Shown here in pieces: positions 28,401 through 43,061 of a DNA stretch of 64,000 nt (the first letter of the stretch is position 1; each line of letters starts with the position of its first letter). The notes under the pieces were generated by a model that was not told the DNA's origin, made no database searches, and saw only the letters and a program-made list of their open reading frames with translations. The stretch lies in the NCBI RefSeq assembly GCF_009914755.1, contig NC_060947.1; one strand, written 5' to 3'. The position numbers were made by a program, and so were the translations under genes. The DNA is from the human T2T-CHM13v2.0 reference genome, Homo sapiens.

Positions 28401-31062
28401 TGCTGTTTGATTGTGAAGTCATTGCTTGATGCAAATGTATGAGAGTGCTGTCTAAATGAAGGAAGATTACCTCATAAAGGCTTTGCTTCTGCTTCTGCTA
28501 ATGGCCAATGCCCACTTCCTAGGATCCATTTTTACTTCCCTTAAAGTCCCGGTTTAGTTCAGAGTCCCACATTCAGTTTCTCCATTCTCGGCTCTAGATC
28601 AAAGCTTGTTCATACCAACACAGACATTGCTACTATAGTCATTCATACTCAGGAAGTCTCCCTTTCCCAGCTTTCTTCCACTCCATATTCCTAGCTTATA
28701 CCCAAAACCTGTTTTGGGATTATAGGGCTTCTGGGGATACTTGCCTACCTCCTTTAAACCCAGTAGTGTGTGTTCTATCCCAATTGTAACTACTCTGCAG
28801 TCTCAACAGCACTTACTTTTCCATAATGCCAGAAGCACTCAATTTATTTTTTAAATCAAAATGATACACATAGTAACAAACAATAGAAACCGAAAAACCG
28901 TGATAGCAATAGATTTCCTCTCCTTAACCCTCCATCAAGTACCATTTCCCTAAAACAACTTATTTTGAGTGTTTCTCCTCACAGAATTTATGATGGTAAC
29001 CTCCACATTTCTAAATAATATACATATACTTCTATTTTCTCATCTAGGAAAGATGTAGATTTAAGTTTACTAATTGTATCCTTTTTCTTTTCTCCTCTGA
29101 ATCTTTGATATACATATTAGACTTATTTCTTCTATTAATTACATATGTTACCTTAAACAATACATTAAATTCCTTGTTCTGCTAACTTCCATCAGTGTCT
29201 CTTGACTCCCTCTGTACTTTGAGGCTATTAGCACACGGACCATTTCTTCCATGTTTCCAACCACCCTCCACTCATGTCCTAGCCTTAGCTAATTTGAATT
29301 ACATACATTTATTTTATCAAATAGTTTACATTTAAATTCTGTTCTCAATCAATATCAACATTTCAAGTATTTTTGATAGGATGATTATAAAACCTCAAAA
29401 TCAATAAATAGCAATTTCATTATTAGGACAATGTCAACACTTTCCGTGCAGGTCAAGTTCTACCTTGGGACTGTATTTCCTTCACCTTGAGCTCAAGGCT
29501 GTGATCCTTGAGCCACATGAAGGGGAATGGTTCTATTATAGCATCCAGTGTAAGTAGGTACTATCGTCTTATACTTTTTAACTGCTGAATATTATATTAC
29601 AATTTAGTTGGTTTCATAGTTAGACCGTGACTTTCTAAACAGATTTTCTGTTTTTTTTTGCTGGAGTTTTAAATAATGTTTCTTTTTTAAATGGTTTTCT
29701 TTTATCAGCCCTTTCCTTTTTTCCCCAAAGTACTCAATCATACATTCTATTCTATCAGTTTCTCCTATCCCTCATCCCACTACCCGGAACATTTCCTTCT
29801 AGAGTCTCTGTTAGATCCAAACATTGCTCCAGCACTCTCTTGAGTTGGATCCACAGTTTCCCAGTTCCCATGTATTCTTCCTCCTTGGCTTACCTTTTTT
29901 CTTTTTCTTTTTTTTCTTTTTTGGAAAAGCACATCCTGAAACAACTTTCTAAGAAAAGGCGTGTGGGTGGAAACATTTATGAACTCTTGCGTGTTTTTAA
30001 TTCCGTCCTCACATTTGATTTGTAATTTTTCTCAGTATGGAAACATATGTTATGATTTTAAAGGCACTGCTTCATCACGTTCTAGTATACATGCAATGTT
30101 GCCAACAGATCTTAAGGATATTCTGATTATTCTTATCTCCTTTTAGGTGCCCTTTTGTAAGTGTCCTCTGAACTCTATTCGATTAGGTTATTTTCATGGA
30201 AACTTAAAAAAAATCTCATTTGTTGGTGATATCCTCTCCCATTTTCTTCCCCGTTATAGATTTATTCCTTTTTGATAAATTTATTCTCTTATTTCATAAA
30301 GAAATAAAGAAGGATGTGAGGCAAATATTCACTTTCTAGTCTATCTTCTCAAATGTCCATCACTTATTTTCAATATATTATGTTTTCATACTGTATTCAT
30401 TTTTTCAGATGCTTAAAATTCCTTTTGGAACAAATCAGGATATAGTATGTATGCAGTCATTAAATAAGTTTCAAAAAGCTGAAGGTTAGATGAGATGTTC
30501 CCCTAATTCAGGCTCATACATTTTTAATTCCGTGATCTTGAAAAATATTGGAGTATTGATTTCCTAGGTTAGCTAAGAATAGATGCAGACCCATGGGACC
30601 CAGAGAGTCTAACAAGTCAAAATCTCAAAATACAGAGGTATGGATAGAATCAAACAACTCCAAGCAATGAACAATCTTAAAAGCATCAAGGCAAGTATGA
30701 TTATGAGAAGTGAAGAAATGCACTGGTGAAATAATTTTTGGTAAATATAGCTGTGAATTATTTTGCCCAAGGCTGCTTTCGGAGTGACAGTCAGAACCTC
30801 TTGCCTGAGGCAAACAGGTAATTAAGAATGACTAGAGAGTTTTGGACAACAACCTGTGTTGGAAGGAAGGAGGCCACACACAAGGGAAATAAAAAGGCCC
30901 ATTAAAAGTTTCTGGCTTTTGAAATAAAGTTACATGGTCTGGCATATCTAATTAGTTCTCATTGTTATAGACCTTATTACATTCCACATCCTGTCTGGGG
31001 TTATCATATTTGACATTCAAAGAATTGTTAAAATTTCAAAGATGGCTTGTTTTACTTCCTTA

Positions 31063-31384
<322 letters not shown>

Positions 31385-32019
31385 GTTGGGGGGGGGGCAT
31401 TTTACACTGTCATAGGGAGTTAGTTGTACTCCTTGACTACTTGCTCAAAGTAAATAGCAAGGATGGAATTTCAACATGGCTGCCAACCACTCCCATTCTG
31501 TTTGTTTCAGGTGAGGAAGGTACTCTTGCATAGAAGATTGATAGGTCTGTCAGAATAGGAAGACTGAATGATCTTAGCTTTCTTTCATCAAATACTTTAA
31601 AAATACTTGGTAACTTTCAGGCTTTGTGCAAAGCATGGGAGATACAATGATGAATAAATGGACAGGTCATGAGACCCTACCCTTTGTACACAAGTAGTGG
31701 ATTGACCTCATACACACTCCAAAAAAACTGACAATGCCTTTACTTAAGAAAATCCATAGCATCCGTCCTTCTAAAGCCAGACATCTACAAGACCAGGGTA
31801 GGGAATTCCCTCTGGCTTAATCAACACAGTTGTCATTTCATTTGGGTTATCTCTGAGAGTCTGTGGGAAACTGATAACCTTGACAAAACTCAGAGGGACC
31901 TGAGGACCTATTTGTTCTACAGCCCCACTTGGAAAGAAAGAAAGAGAGAAGGGAGGGAAGATGGAAAGAGGGAAGAAAGAGTTGTATATACTAAAATGTG
32001 TACAGACAGAGTAAATTAA

Positions 32020-32650
32020 AATTCATTCGTTCATTTAGCAAATATTTATTGAGATCCCACTTTGTATCAGGCACTGTTATGGAGATTATGTATTTAGAAG
32101 TGAACAAGATAGACAAAAGTCTCTTCTCTCATGGAGTTTGTATTCTAATTGAAGAGAGGCGGAAAATATAAGGATACATTGGTAAAATATATAGCCTGTA
32201 AGACAGTGATCAAAGATTAGAAGAAAAATAAAGCAAGAAAGAGAGGCAGGAAGTGTCAAGGATTGGAAGATGCAATTTTAGATATGTGTTCAGAGCAACT
32301 GTCAATGAGAAGATGATGCTTGAGTAAAGGATGGAAGGAAGTGAGGCAGTGTGTGTAAGTCGCGTGAATAGCTAGGAGTAAAACAATTCAGGGAGGTGGA
32401 CAGGGCAAGCGCAAAGGCTCAGAGACAGAAGGATGCCTGGCCATTTTCAAAGGATATTGAGCCCAGTGTAACTATATTAGTATGAGGGAAGATGAGAGAA
32501 ATAGATGATGGAGTCAGAATGGAAGTGAGAGGCTAAATCATGTGGGGCCTTGTAGGTCATTTTAAGTATCCTTACTGAGACAAGTGGCAAGTCATTGGAT
32601 GGATTTGAGGAATGCCATGATCTGACTTAGGTCTTAAAGAATTATTCTGT
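32020..32650 (-). mobile_element. L2 (L2a-like) 3' end
   Basis: ATTCATTCGTTCATTTAGCAAATATTTATTGAG...CAGGCACTGTT followed by a purine-rich L2 body. Confidence 0.85.
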
Positions 32651-35309
32651 GAAGGTGGAAAGGTTAATGCAAATGAATATACTGTAAACTGACACCACAA
32701 GAACAATAACAATAACCAAGGAGAGAAAAAGAAATCTTCTATCATTAAACAGTGGCTTTCATGGTTTCTCAAGAGAGCTGTAAAATGCTGACACCATTTA
32801 CAAAGCTTTGATGTTCAGAGAGTGCTATTCTGCATTCCTAGAAGATATAAAAATTAATGACCGATGAGCTCAAAATAGCTGGAATCTGGACCTATGGATA
32901 GCCTTTCCCAAGAAGCCACATCATCTTGTACCTCAGACTTAATTTGCTTAATCAGCATGTGATGGGGCACGACTTTAATAGGGAGTGACAACTGACAAGA
33001 GAATTAAATTGATGCAAATTAAAACTTTAACAATAACATTATATGGAGCTTAAAAATCCTTTGCACTTTTGACACTCAATTTATACCAGATGCTAAAATC
33101 CACTAGAATAAAGGGTCCTCGCAGAACTATCAGCCAAGGAGAATCCATTGTATTTATAAGAAAAACAATACAGAGATTCTTAGTGTCAGTTACAGACAGT
33201 GTTAGTAAGCTGATTATAGAAACATATCTCTTTAATCAAACCACTGGATAAATTTTAAAATTATAATTTATTACTGGGGACAACAGTAGTTCTGAGTGAA
33301 TCAGGAATAGAGCACAGGGACAGAGAGTGAGGAGAGTAGGATCCAACAACTACTGTGACTACTCCATCCCAGGCACTTTAAATAATTTAGCACCAAAACA
33401 TTCCATGATAAATATGTACCCATGTCAATCCTTAGTACATGTGAATAGGATTTGTGTGTGTGTGTGTGTCCCATTTTCTAAGCCATTTTCCAAGCCTAAT
33501 TTATTTTAATTTGACTGTAACATATTTGTACCATTTTCTTCTTTATAAAAAATACAGTATTGGTCCTATTTGATGCTTTAATACACTAACCAGTCTAAGG
33601 TACCACAAAGTCAGGAGTATTTCTTAAACCGCTCCTCAAATTCTGCTCTCATTTCAACGCTCTATATTAAAATTTAGAATGCTCAGATATATTTCCGAGG
33701 ACTGCATAAACTACTTCCTTATTCTGTCTAACCATAACCACCTCTACTACATACGCATCCTGCTCCTATATGTAACTTCTGAGTCAGTCAAGGTAGTATG
33801 ACAAAACCACGGATCTATATTGTTCCTCAGTATTCAAGATGCTAAACAGGCTCATTCCTGTATCTGTTGTATCTAAGCCTTTACTCCATGACATAGAGTT
33901 TACATATTTTTTCCTTCCTACATCTTTGTCTCCACATATTTTAAAAACTGAAATCCCACCTCCGTAATAAAGCATTCCCAAAACTTTATAGCCCAACTTC
34001 ATCTCTCTCTTCTCTAAGATCCTATAGTACTTACTGTATGCATTATATATTTTAATTTTATATTGCTTGTATACTATTTTCCAAATAGCATATGTGTGTA
34101 TGACTTGCCTTTTCCCAGTATGGTTCTTAAGTTGCTGGATCATTCTGCTTGTGTATTTTTGAAAATAACTGGTATGATATTGACTATACAGCGCACTTGT
34201 TGGCTATGGAACAACTAAAATGTTTCATTAATTCATTTAACAAGAATTTTTTGAATACCTACTACTTGAAAAAATAAGACAAGACAAAACCAGCTCTTTC
34301 TTTGTGCATACCCTAATAAAATATAAGAAAGAAATTATGACATCTGGCCTCAGAAGAAAATAGGACACATAATCATAACTTGAAGTGCTTTTGAAATATA
34401 AATACTTTCCTATCCTCTGTATAATCAAGAATCTCCCTTTACATTGTTATTCATGAAGGATCGAGAGATCATCTCCTCCAAAACAGAACGACAAAATTAA
34501 CAATAATCAGTATTAGGAATTGAAATGTTACATATAAGGCAATGTTTGCCTTTATTTTTTGTTTTAGTCCAGTGGTAATATCCCTGCAGATGGTCAACCT
34601 GTTGCCATTTTTGAGTCAGCACTGCACTTTTTACTGTATTTCTCATTTTGTCATTACCATTAAATGCATTGCTGTGCCCTTCATCAATGTGTACAGCAAA
34701 ATGCAGGCTTAAAATGAAGACATCAGTGGTACTATAGTTAGTACCATTAATAGGAGGGCTGATATTTTGGCTGTGCTCCACATCCCTAGTTCCAGCTACC
34801 TAATGGACAGTTTCAGGTAGAGCTCTTACAGGTACCTCAAACTTAACAACATGTCCAAAAGTCCCATAGTCTCAATTAATGATATTTCTAGTCGTAAGCG
34901 TCAAAATTAGCATCGCCTCCTCCTTTCTTACCCTCACAACGAATCAGCCATTAAATTCTGTCAATTCCATCTAGAAAACGTCTTTAAAATTCTTGCTGTC
35001 TCTATCATGACTCATCAAAACTATGATAATAGCATACTTTTATTTCTCTGTTCATATTTCAGAAAGCTCTTTCTTGTATAATCTCATGTTTGATTATGTT
35101 AATTTACCACTTAGAAACCTTCAGTGTGTGCTCATTGTCTTTATAATAAAATTCAAGTCCCTTAATCTTAGGTTCAAAGCTCTCTAGAGCTTGGCCCCAC
35201 AGACTTTTTCAACCTTTATGTCTGTTCTTGGTAAACAACACGCAGACACACACATTTCTTCCCAGAATAATTCTTCAATCTCCTTGCCCTTATTTAACCT
35301 CGAATCTTC

Positions 35310-35532
35310 TCCAAAAATCCATTTTGGAAAAGGGCTAGATAGTAACTACTCTAGGCTTTGTGAGCCATGTGGTCCCGTCTTAACTACTCACCTCTGCCAC
35401 TGTGGCATGAGAATTAGCCAAAGACTATATACAAACAAATCAGTATGAACATGTCCCAGTAAAATTTTAATTATAAAAACAGGTCCAGTGTGGATTGGGC
35501 CTGTGCTTACTGGTTTGGTGACCAGTGATCTA
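35310..35532 (+). mobile_element. MER58A hAT-Charlie MITE
   Basis: AAAGGGCTAGATAGTAA...AGGCTTTGTGAGCCAT...AACTACTCACCTCTGCCACTGTGGCATGA. Confidence 0.8.
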
Positions 35533-35619
35533 GATCATAGTACAAAGTGACAATGCTTTCATCAAGCATGCATCAAAAGAGTATTCTATTTTTTAAAACA
35601 GCTTTATTGCGGTATAATT

Positions 35620-38095
35620 AAAATTGTAAAACTCTTAGAAAAAAACATAGGGGCAAAAACTTTTGATACTAGTCTTAGCAGTGATCTCTTGGATATAACA
35701 CCAAAAGCATAAGTAACAAAAGCAAAAATAGACAAGTGAGACAAAATCAAACTAAAATGCTTCTGTATAGAAAAAAAATCAACAGAGTGAAGAGATAACC
35801 TGAAGAATGGGAGAAAATATTTACAAATTATTTATCTGACAAAGGGTGAATATCCAAAATATATAAGAAACTCCCACAATTAAACAGCAAAAATCCCTCA
35901 AATTACCTGGTTAAAAAATGCAAAAGCAGCAAAGAAAACAAGCAATAGAGTAAAGAGATAACCTACAGAACGGGAGAAAGTATTTGCAAACTATGCATCT
36001 GACAAAGGGTCAATACCCACGATAACTCAAATAACAGCAAAATAATAATAATAATAATAATAATAATGCAATTAAAAATGGACAAAAGACCTGAATAGAC
36101 ATTTATCTAAAGAAGATATATACAAATGGTAAACAGATATATTAAAAGATGCTCAACATCACTATTCATTGGGGAAATGTGAATGAAACCACAATGAGAT
36201 ATCACTCAACCCCAGTTTCAGTGGTTATTATGAAAAAGACAGAAATAACAAATGCTGGTGAGGATGTGGAGAAAGGTAAACTCTTATGCACCATTGGTGG
36301 GAATGTAAATTAATACAGCCTCCGCAGTGTGGAGGTTCCTTAAAAATTTAAAATTGCACTACCCTGTGACCCAGCAATCCCATTACTGGGTAAATATTCA
36401 AAGGACATTAAATCAGTATGTCAAAGAGATATCTGCACTCCCGTATTTATTTCAGTAGTATTCACAATAGCTAAGATATGGAAACAACCTACATGGGTAT
36501 CCATGCACAGATAAGCAGATAAAGAAAATGTTGTGTGCCACATGGACATAAACATGGGAACAACAGACGCTGTGGAGTACTAGAAGGGGAAGAGAGGGAT
36601 GAGGGCATGGGTTGAAAAACTACCTATTGGGTACAATGCTCACTACCTGGGTACAGTATACCCGTGTAACAAACCTGCACATGTACCCTCTGTGTCTAAC
36701 ATAAAAATTGAAATTTTAATAAATGAAAATTTTTATATATATATATAATATATAAACACACTATATATATACTTATATATCTATATATACATATTCTACC
36801 ATAGATATATCCCACTATATACTTACATATCTATATATACATATTCTACCATAGATATATCCCACTATATACTTATATATCTATATATACATATCCCACC
36901 ATAGATATATCCCACTATATATATGGTGGAATATATGTATATATAGTATGTATGTGTGTATATATATGTATATAAAACATTTTCTTTTATTAAAATTTCA
37001 ACTTTTATGTTATATATAGTTCAATATACTTTTTGGTGGAATATATAGTATATATATGGTGGAATATATATAGTGGAATATATATATTATATATATAGTA
37101 TATATAGTAGAATTTATATATATTATTTATATATGGTGGAATACTATTCAGCCATAAAATAGGATGAAATACTGTCATTCGTAGCAGCACGGATGAATAT
37201 GGAGGGCATTATGTTAAGTGAAATAAGTCAAGCCACAGAAAGACAAATACTACGTGATCTCACTCATGTGGAATCTAAAAAAGTTAATTTCATAAAAAGA
37301 GAGAGTAAAATAGTGGTTATTAAAGGCTGAGGAGGGTAGCAGGGAGCGGGGAACCGGGAAAGGTTGGTAAATCGGTACAAAGTTAGTAAGATGAGAGGAA
37401 CAGGGTCTGATGTTCTATTACACAGTAGAGTGACTATACCAAATAACAATGTAATGTATATTTCAAGTTAGCTAGAAGAGAAGATTTTGAATGTTATCAG
37501 TACAATGATAGATATTTAAGGTGATGGATATTATAATTACCCTGATTTCATCATTATACAATGTATACATGCTTTCAAACATCACACTTTATCTCATAAA
37601 TATGTACAATTATTATGTGTCAATTATAAATTGAAAAATACTAAAGGAAGGCAAAGGACTGGAATAGACATTTCTTCAAAGAAGATAAACATGAGCACCA
37701 AGTACATGAAAAAGTGCTTAGCATCACTAATCATCAGGGAAATGCAAATCAAAACTACAATAAGATCTCACCTCACACCTGTTGGGATGGCTATTAGAAA
37801 AACAAATAAAGAAAAAAACAAAATATAAATGTTGGTCAGAATGTGGAGAAATTGGAATACTTGTATATTGTTGGTGAGAATGCAAAATGGTGCATGAAAA
37901 ACACTATGGAGGTTTCTCACAAATAGAACTACTGACGATGATCCATCAATCACACCTCTTTGTATATACCCAAAAGAACTGAAATCAGGATCTCCAAGAG
38001 ATAACCTGCACTCCCATGTTCATTGCAGCATTAGTCACAATAGCCAAGATATGGAAACAACCCATATTTCTATCAACAGATTAATGAATAAGCAA
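35620..38095 (+). mobile_element. Nested L1 cluster: older L1M split by an L1MA4/5-like element (about 35921-37635), which contains an L1PA16/PB-like 3' end (about 36538-36725)
   Basis: ORF2 C-terminal sequence occurs twice. The outer element breaks at TTAAAAAATG (about 35920) and resumes with GGCAAAGGACTGGAATAGACATTTC (about 37650). Two distinct 3'UTR ends lie inside. Confidence 0.8.
36733..37140. repeat. AT-rich minisatellite: three copies of a 50-bp unit plus TA-rich degenerate repeats
   Basis: CTATATATAC recurs at 36781, 36831 and 36881 (period 50). Confidence 0.9.
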
Positions 38096-38375
38096 ATGAG
38101 TATTCTGTTGCTTGTATATCACAAATGATTTTAAAAGGGTGATGGTTCCAGTGGGGAGAGAAGGAGGAACCAGGGCGCAGGGAAGCTGGTAGGGTGCGGG
38201 GACCAGCCACTGTCACCGCCACCACCTCTGGTCCTGGTGTGGGAAAGGAAGTGTGAGTCTTAGGTGCAAGTCTGAGATGGTGCCACTGCTGGAGGGCTGG
38301 CAGTGGGAAGGCAGGAGAAAAATAGGTAAAAAATGCGAATAATTTGAATATTTCAAATGTATTTTCAAATGTATA

Positions 38376-38933
38376 TGGTACTCCCCTGCTATCTGTGGTT
38401 TCACTTCCCACGGTTTCAGTTATCCACGGTCAACTGAGGTCCGAAAATATTAAATGTAAAATTCCAGAAATAAACAATGCATAAGGTTTAAATGATGTGC
38501 CATTCTGAGTGGCATCCTGAGTCATGTGTCAAATCTCTACACACACCACTCTGTCCTACCAGGGATGTAAAACATCCTTTTGTCCAGAATATTCACACTG
38601 TATACACTCTTCACCTGTTGGTCACTTAGTAGCTATCTTGGTTATCAGACTGACTGCTGCAGTATTATCACAGTGCTTGTGTTCCAGTAATTCTTAATTT
38701 ACTTAATAACTGCCTCCAAGTGCAAGAGTAGTGATGCTGGCATATTGTTATAATTGTTCTATTTTATTATTAGTGTTAACATCTTACTGTACCTAATTTA
38801 TAAATTAAACTTTATCATAGGTATGTATGTGTAGACAAAATTATAGTATATATAGGGTTTGGTACTATCCATGGTTTCAGACATCCACTGGGGGTCTTGG
38901 AACTTATCCTCTGTGCAGAACGGGAGACTACTA
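38376..38933 (+). mobile_element. MER44 (Tigger7-derived) DNA transposon
   Basis: GGTTTCAGTTATCCACGGTCAACTGAGGTCCGAAAATATTAAATG, degenerate terminal inverted repeats and TA flanks. Confidence 0.88.
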
Positions 38934-39349
38934 TACATTTGCTTTCATTAACAGAAACAAGAAGACAAGATAGGAAGGAAAGTACATCTCATATTGTCAG
39001 TAACTATGGATCTAAAAATTCCAACTCCTCAAACTGCATAGGAACTTATTTCTAAGAAATATTTAACAAAATAGAATGCAGGTTATCAGATTAACTTACT
39101 AGTAAACCTATTTCAATTATATTTGGGATCTAATGACAGTAATTGTGGTCCCCGAGATTCTGTTACCTTTACTTTTTTATATGTATTCTTTCTTTTACAG
39201 TTTTCTCTCTTCCCAATAACCCCTCAATAAGTTTAATAGGATTAAATGTATTTTACTTTATACATACAGATATATTTGCCAGTTTGCTTTGCTCCTTAAA
39301 ACCCATGGGTCTCTATAGCCTATACATTATTTAATTATTTGAATTTTAC

Positions 39350-40985
39350 AATATAAAAATGATGTATGGAAAAAACAAAGAATCAGAAAAGTACAAACAA
39401 CTTTGTAGAAGAGGAACAAAGTTGAAGGATTTATACTACCTAATTTCACAGTTTACAATAAAGTGACAGCAAGGCCTGTGGCACTGGTGCAAGCCTAGAC
39501 ATATAGATCAATAGAGAGTTCAGAAATACATCTGTATATATATGTGTGGATATTGGCAAATTGATTTTGAACAAAGGCGCAAAGGTAATTCAATGGAAAG
39601 AGAGTACTCTCAACAAGTGGACAAATGGTATTGGGACAATAGGAAGGAAGGAAGGAAGGAAAGAAGGAAAGAAGGGAGGGAGGGACAGAATAAAGAGAAA
39701 GAGAAAAAAGAGAAAAGAGAGAAGAAAGAAAGAAAGAGAGAGAGAGGAAGGAAGGAAGGAAGGAAGGACGGGGAACATCGATTCTTTCTTTACACAATAT
39801 GCAAAAATTAACTCTAAATGAATCATAGACCTAAATGTGACACTTTAAAGTATGAAACTTCTAGATGAAAATATAGAAGACATTTTTGTGTTCTTGGGTT
39901 AAGCAAAGATTTGCTATATAGGATATAAAAATTGCAAATCATAAAATAAAAATTGGACTTCATAAAAATTTAAAATGTCTGCTCTTTGAAAGACACAAGA
40001 GAATGAACAGAGAAGGCACAGACTGAGAGAGAATATTTTCAAACACTTGTCTGATAAAGGACTTCAAATAACTTGATTTTTTAAAAATGGCCAAAAAATT
40101 TGAATAAACATTTTATCAAAGAAGATATGTAAATAACAAATAAGCATATGCATGCTGCTCAACATCATAAGTCATCGGGGAAATGCAATATACAACCACA
40201 GTAAAATACCATATGGCCATATTAGAATGGCTAAAATTAAAACAAAAGACAATAAAAACTGATAATGCCAAGTGCTGGTAAGGATGTGGACCAACTAGAC
40301 TTGCCTAGATGTAGAGCAACTAGAACTCCCACAGTTTATTGGTAGGAATGCAAAACAGTACAAATACTTTTATTGGAAAGCAGTCTGGTAGTTTCTCATA
40401 AAGTTAAACATACAACCACCATACAATCCAGTGATCCTGGGAATTCCTGGGTATTTACCCAGAGAAATGAAAACATCTATCTACTTGTATGGGAAAGTTT
40501 ATAGTAGCTTTATTCTTAATTGCCAGATATTGGAAATGACTCAGATGTCCATCAATTGGTGAATGGATACATGCATAGAGTAGAATAACGCTCAGCAACT
40601 GCTGAATGGAAATATCCATACAATTGAAAAATACCCAGCAATAAAAAGGAATGAACAGCTGATACACGCAATAACATGGGTGGATCTCAACATCATTGTA
40701 CTAAGTGAAAGCACAAAATGATATATGATTCCTTTTCTATAAAATTTTGGTGGAGGTAAAGTTATACAGACAGAAATCGGATCAGTAGCTGCCTGGAACT
40801 GCAGATGGGAGGAAGGAACTGAGTACAAAAGAACATGAGGGAACTTCTTGGAGTGGTAGAAATACTCAGTTATCTTGAATGTTGGGTTGGTTACATAAAT
40901 GAATATGTTTGTCAAAACTCATTGAGCCGTATGCCTCACAAGGATGAATTTTACTCTATGCAAATGATACCTTAATAATTCTAAG
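39350..40985 (+). mobile_element. L1MC/MD-type 3' portion containing a (GGAA)n/(GAAA)n tract at about 39641-39770
   Basis: TTGATTTTGAACAAAGGCGCAAAGGTAATTCAATGG, GATAATGCCAAGTGCTGGTAAGGATGTGG and TTTGTCAAAACTCATTGA. Confidence 0.82.
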
Positions 40986-42245
40986 CTTAAAGGATGATAC
41001 TGCTCTGAGGAAAACACTATCCCTGAACCTACATGAATTTCCTCCGGATTTTATACATTTATGAGTCTCTTTTTTGAGTACCTAATCTATGCATGGTTTT
41101 ATTCTTTATCCATGCTTCAGTGATCAGACATAACTTTCCTCCATTAATTTTTCTTTCATGGCAGTATCTTGAATCATTTTTTGAAATTTTTTCTCATGAG
41201 CGAACTCAGGAATTTACATATTTACTTCCCTGGGAAGTTCTAAATTCAAAATGTGCTGAGAGTTTGCTTCCTCAGTCTGTATCTGAGCATTAAATTAAAT
41301 GGCTCATACCCTGAAACTCCTTTACTCTCATACATCCTGAGGCCTTACTGCAGAGTTGCATGCCCTCAGATATTAGAGAGCTTTTGGCTCTTCAGTTATC
41401 AAAATACATGGGTTTGGGAAGGATTTTAGACAGACCTTGCTAATATTTAAAATTCCACTTTATATTTAGTAATCCAAGCTCAGTAATATTGTTGGGTATT
41501 GGAAATTACAAGCAAATTTGAGGCCCTCAAATCTGGCATCCCTCCCTTCACTGAAGAAGTCTAAAAGACATTTATAAGCAAAAGGGTTTACACTATGTCA
41601 CAGCTGTTTCAGAACAGAACACTGTGACAAGGACATTACTTCAGGAAAAAAGAGACAAACTTTGTGTTATTGTGCATTGAAAATATTTACATTCCACCCA
41701 TGTTAAATATCAGGATTAAAGAACTTTGGCAATGATATTACCCTGTTGCAAACCTGAACCTAATTTACCAAGCAGCTAGGGTGACGAAGTAAAAAGGACA
41801 GGATTTGTAGTTTCTTTGCTCTGTCAACAGATCTGGGTCTCTATGTAAAGGCTACAAAATTAAAAGCACAATTACAGTAGATGTTTAAAGAGTAATGATG
41901 CATGCTCTATGTCTGAGATGCCACATAAAATTAAGGCCTATGGGAAAGTTGAGTTGTTAAGAAGTATTGATTTGAATTACTTAACAATATCAAGAGCATG
42001 CATACTTTTACCTCAAATATGTTTTACATAAAAAGCCAGTGAATTGCCAACAGACATATTCATTGCAAAAATTAAAATATCAACAATATCAGGAGTGTAA
42101 AATGAGTGTAATATATCCTTCAGAAGGTAAACATTTCTAAAAATTCTGTGACATATCCTTTATGGAATAGTTTTTACTTTGCTTGTAATTTGTTTCTATG
42201 AAAACATTTTTGACCACTTTTGAGACATCTGAAAAAGATTAATAG

Positions 42246-42556
<311 letters not shown>

Positions 42557-42775
42557 AACAGCAACCCTATTTTTTCTCAAAATGAAACAACATAAAAAAT
42601 AGTGGACTTTTACTGAGGAAGTAATTAATGAACATTATGCCACACTTTAAAAATAAGAAGCAAAAAAAATAATTTGCAATTCCACATTCAGATATAGCCA
42701 TTTACTCGTTAATGCTACAAATATCTATTGAATGTGTTTTATGTGCCAGGCAGTGTTGTAGGCACTGGAGATTCA

Positions 42776-42967
<192 letters not shown>

Positions 42968-43021
42968 AATGTTCTATCCCCATAGAGTTTACAGAAACCC
43001 TTAACATTTTGCTTCAATAAT

Positions 43022-43028
<7 letters not shown>

Positions 43029-43058
<30 letters not shown>
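43029..43058. repeat. (TA)15 microsatellite
   Basis: Direct read. Confidence 0.95.

Positions 43059-43061
<3 letters not shown>

Noticed and set aside
31801-31810. Perfect NF-kB palindrome GGGAATTCCC
   Set aside because: An isolated 10-mer without supporting context. The other copy near 2115 is ordinary L1 5'UTR sequence.
39495-39826. K/E/R-rich and F/L/S-rich ORFs (also 8623-8841)
   Set aside because: Translations of purine microsatellites.
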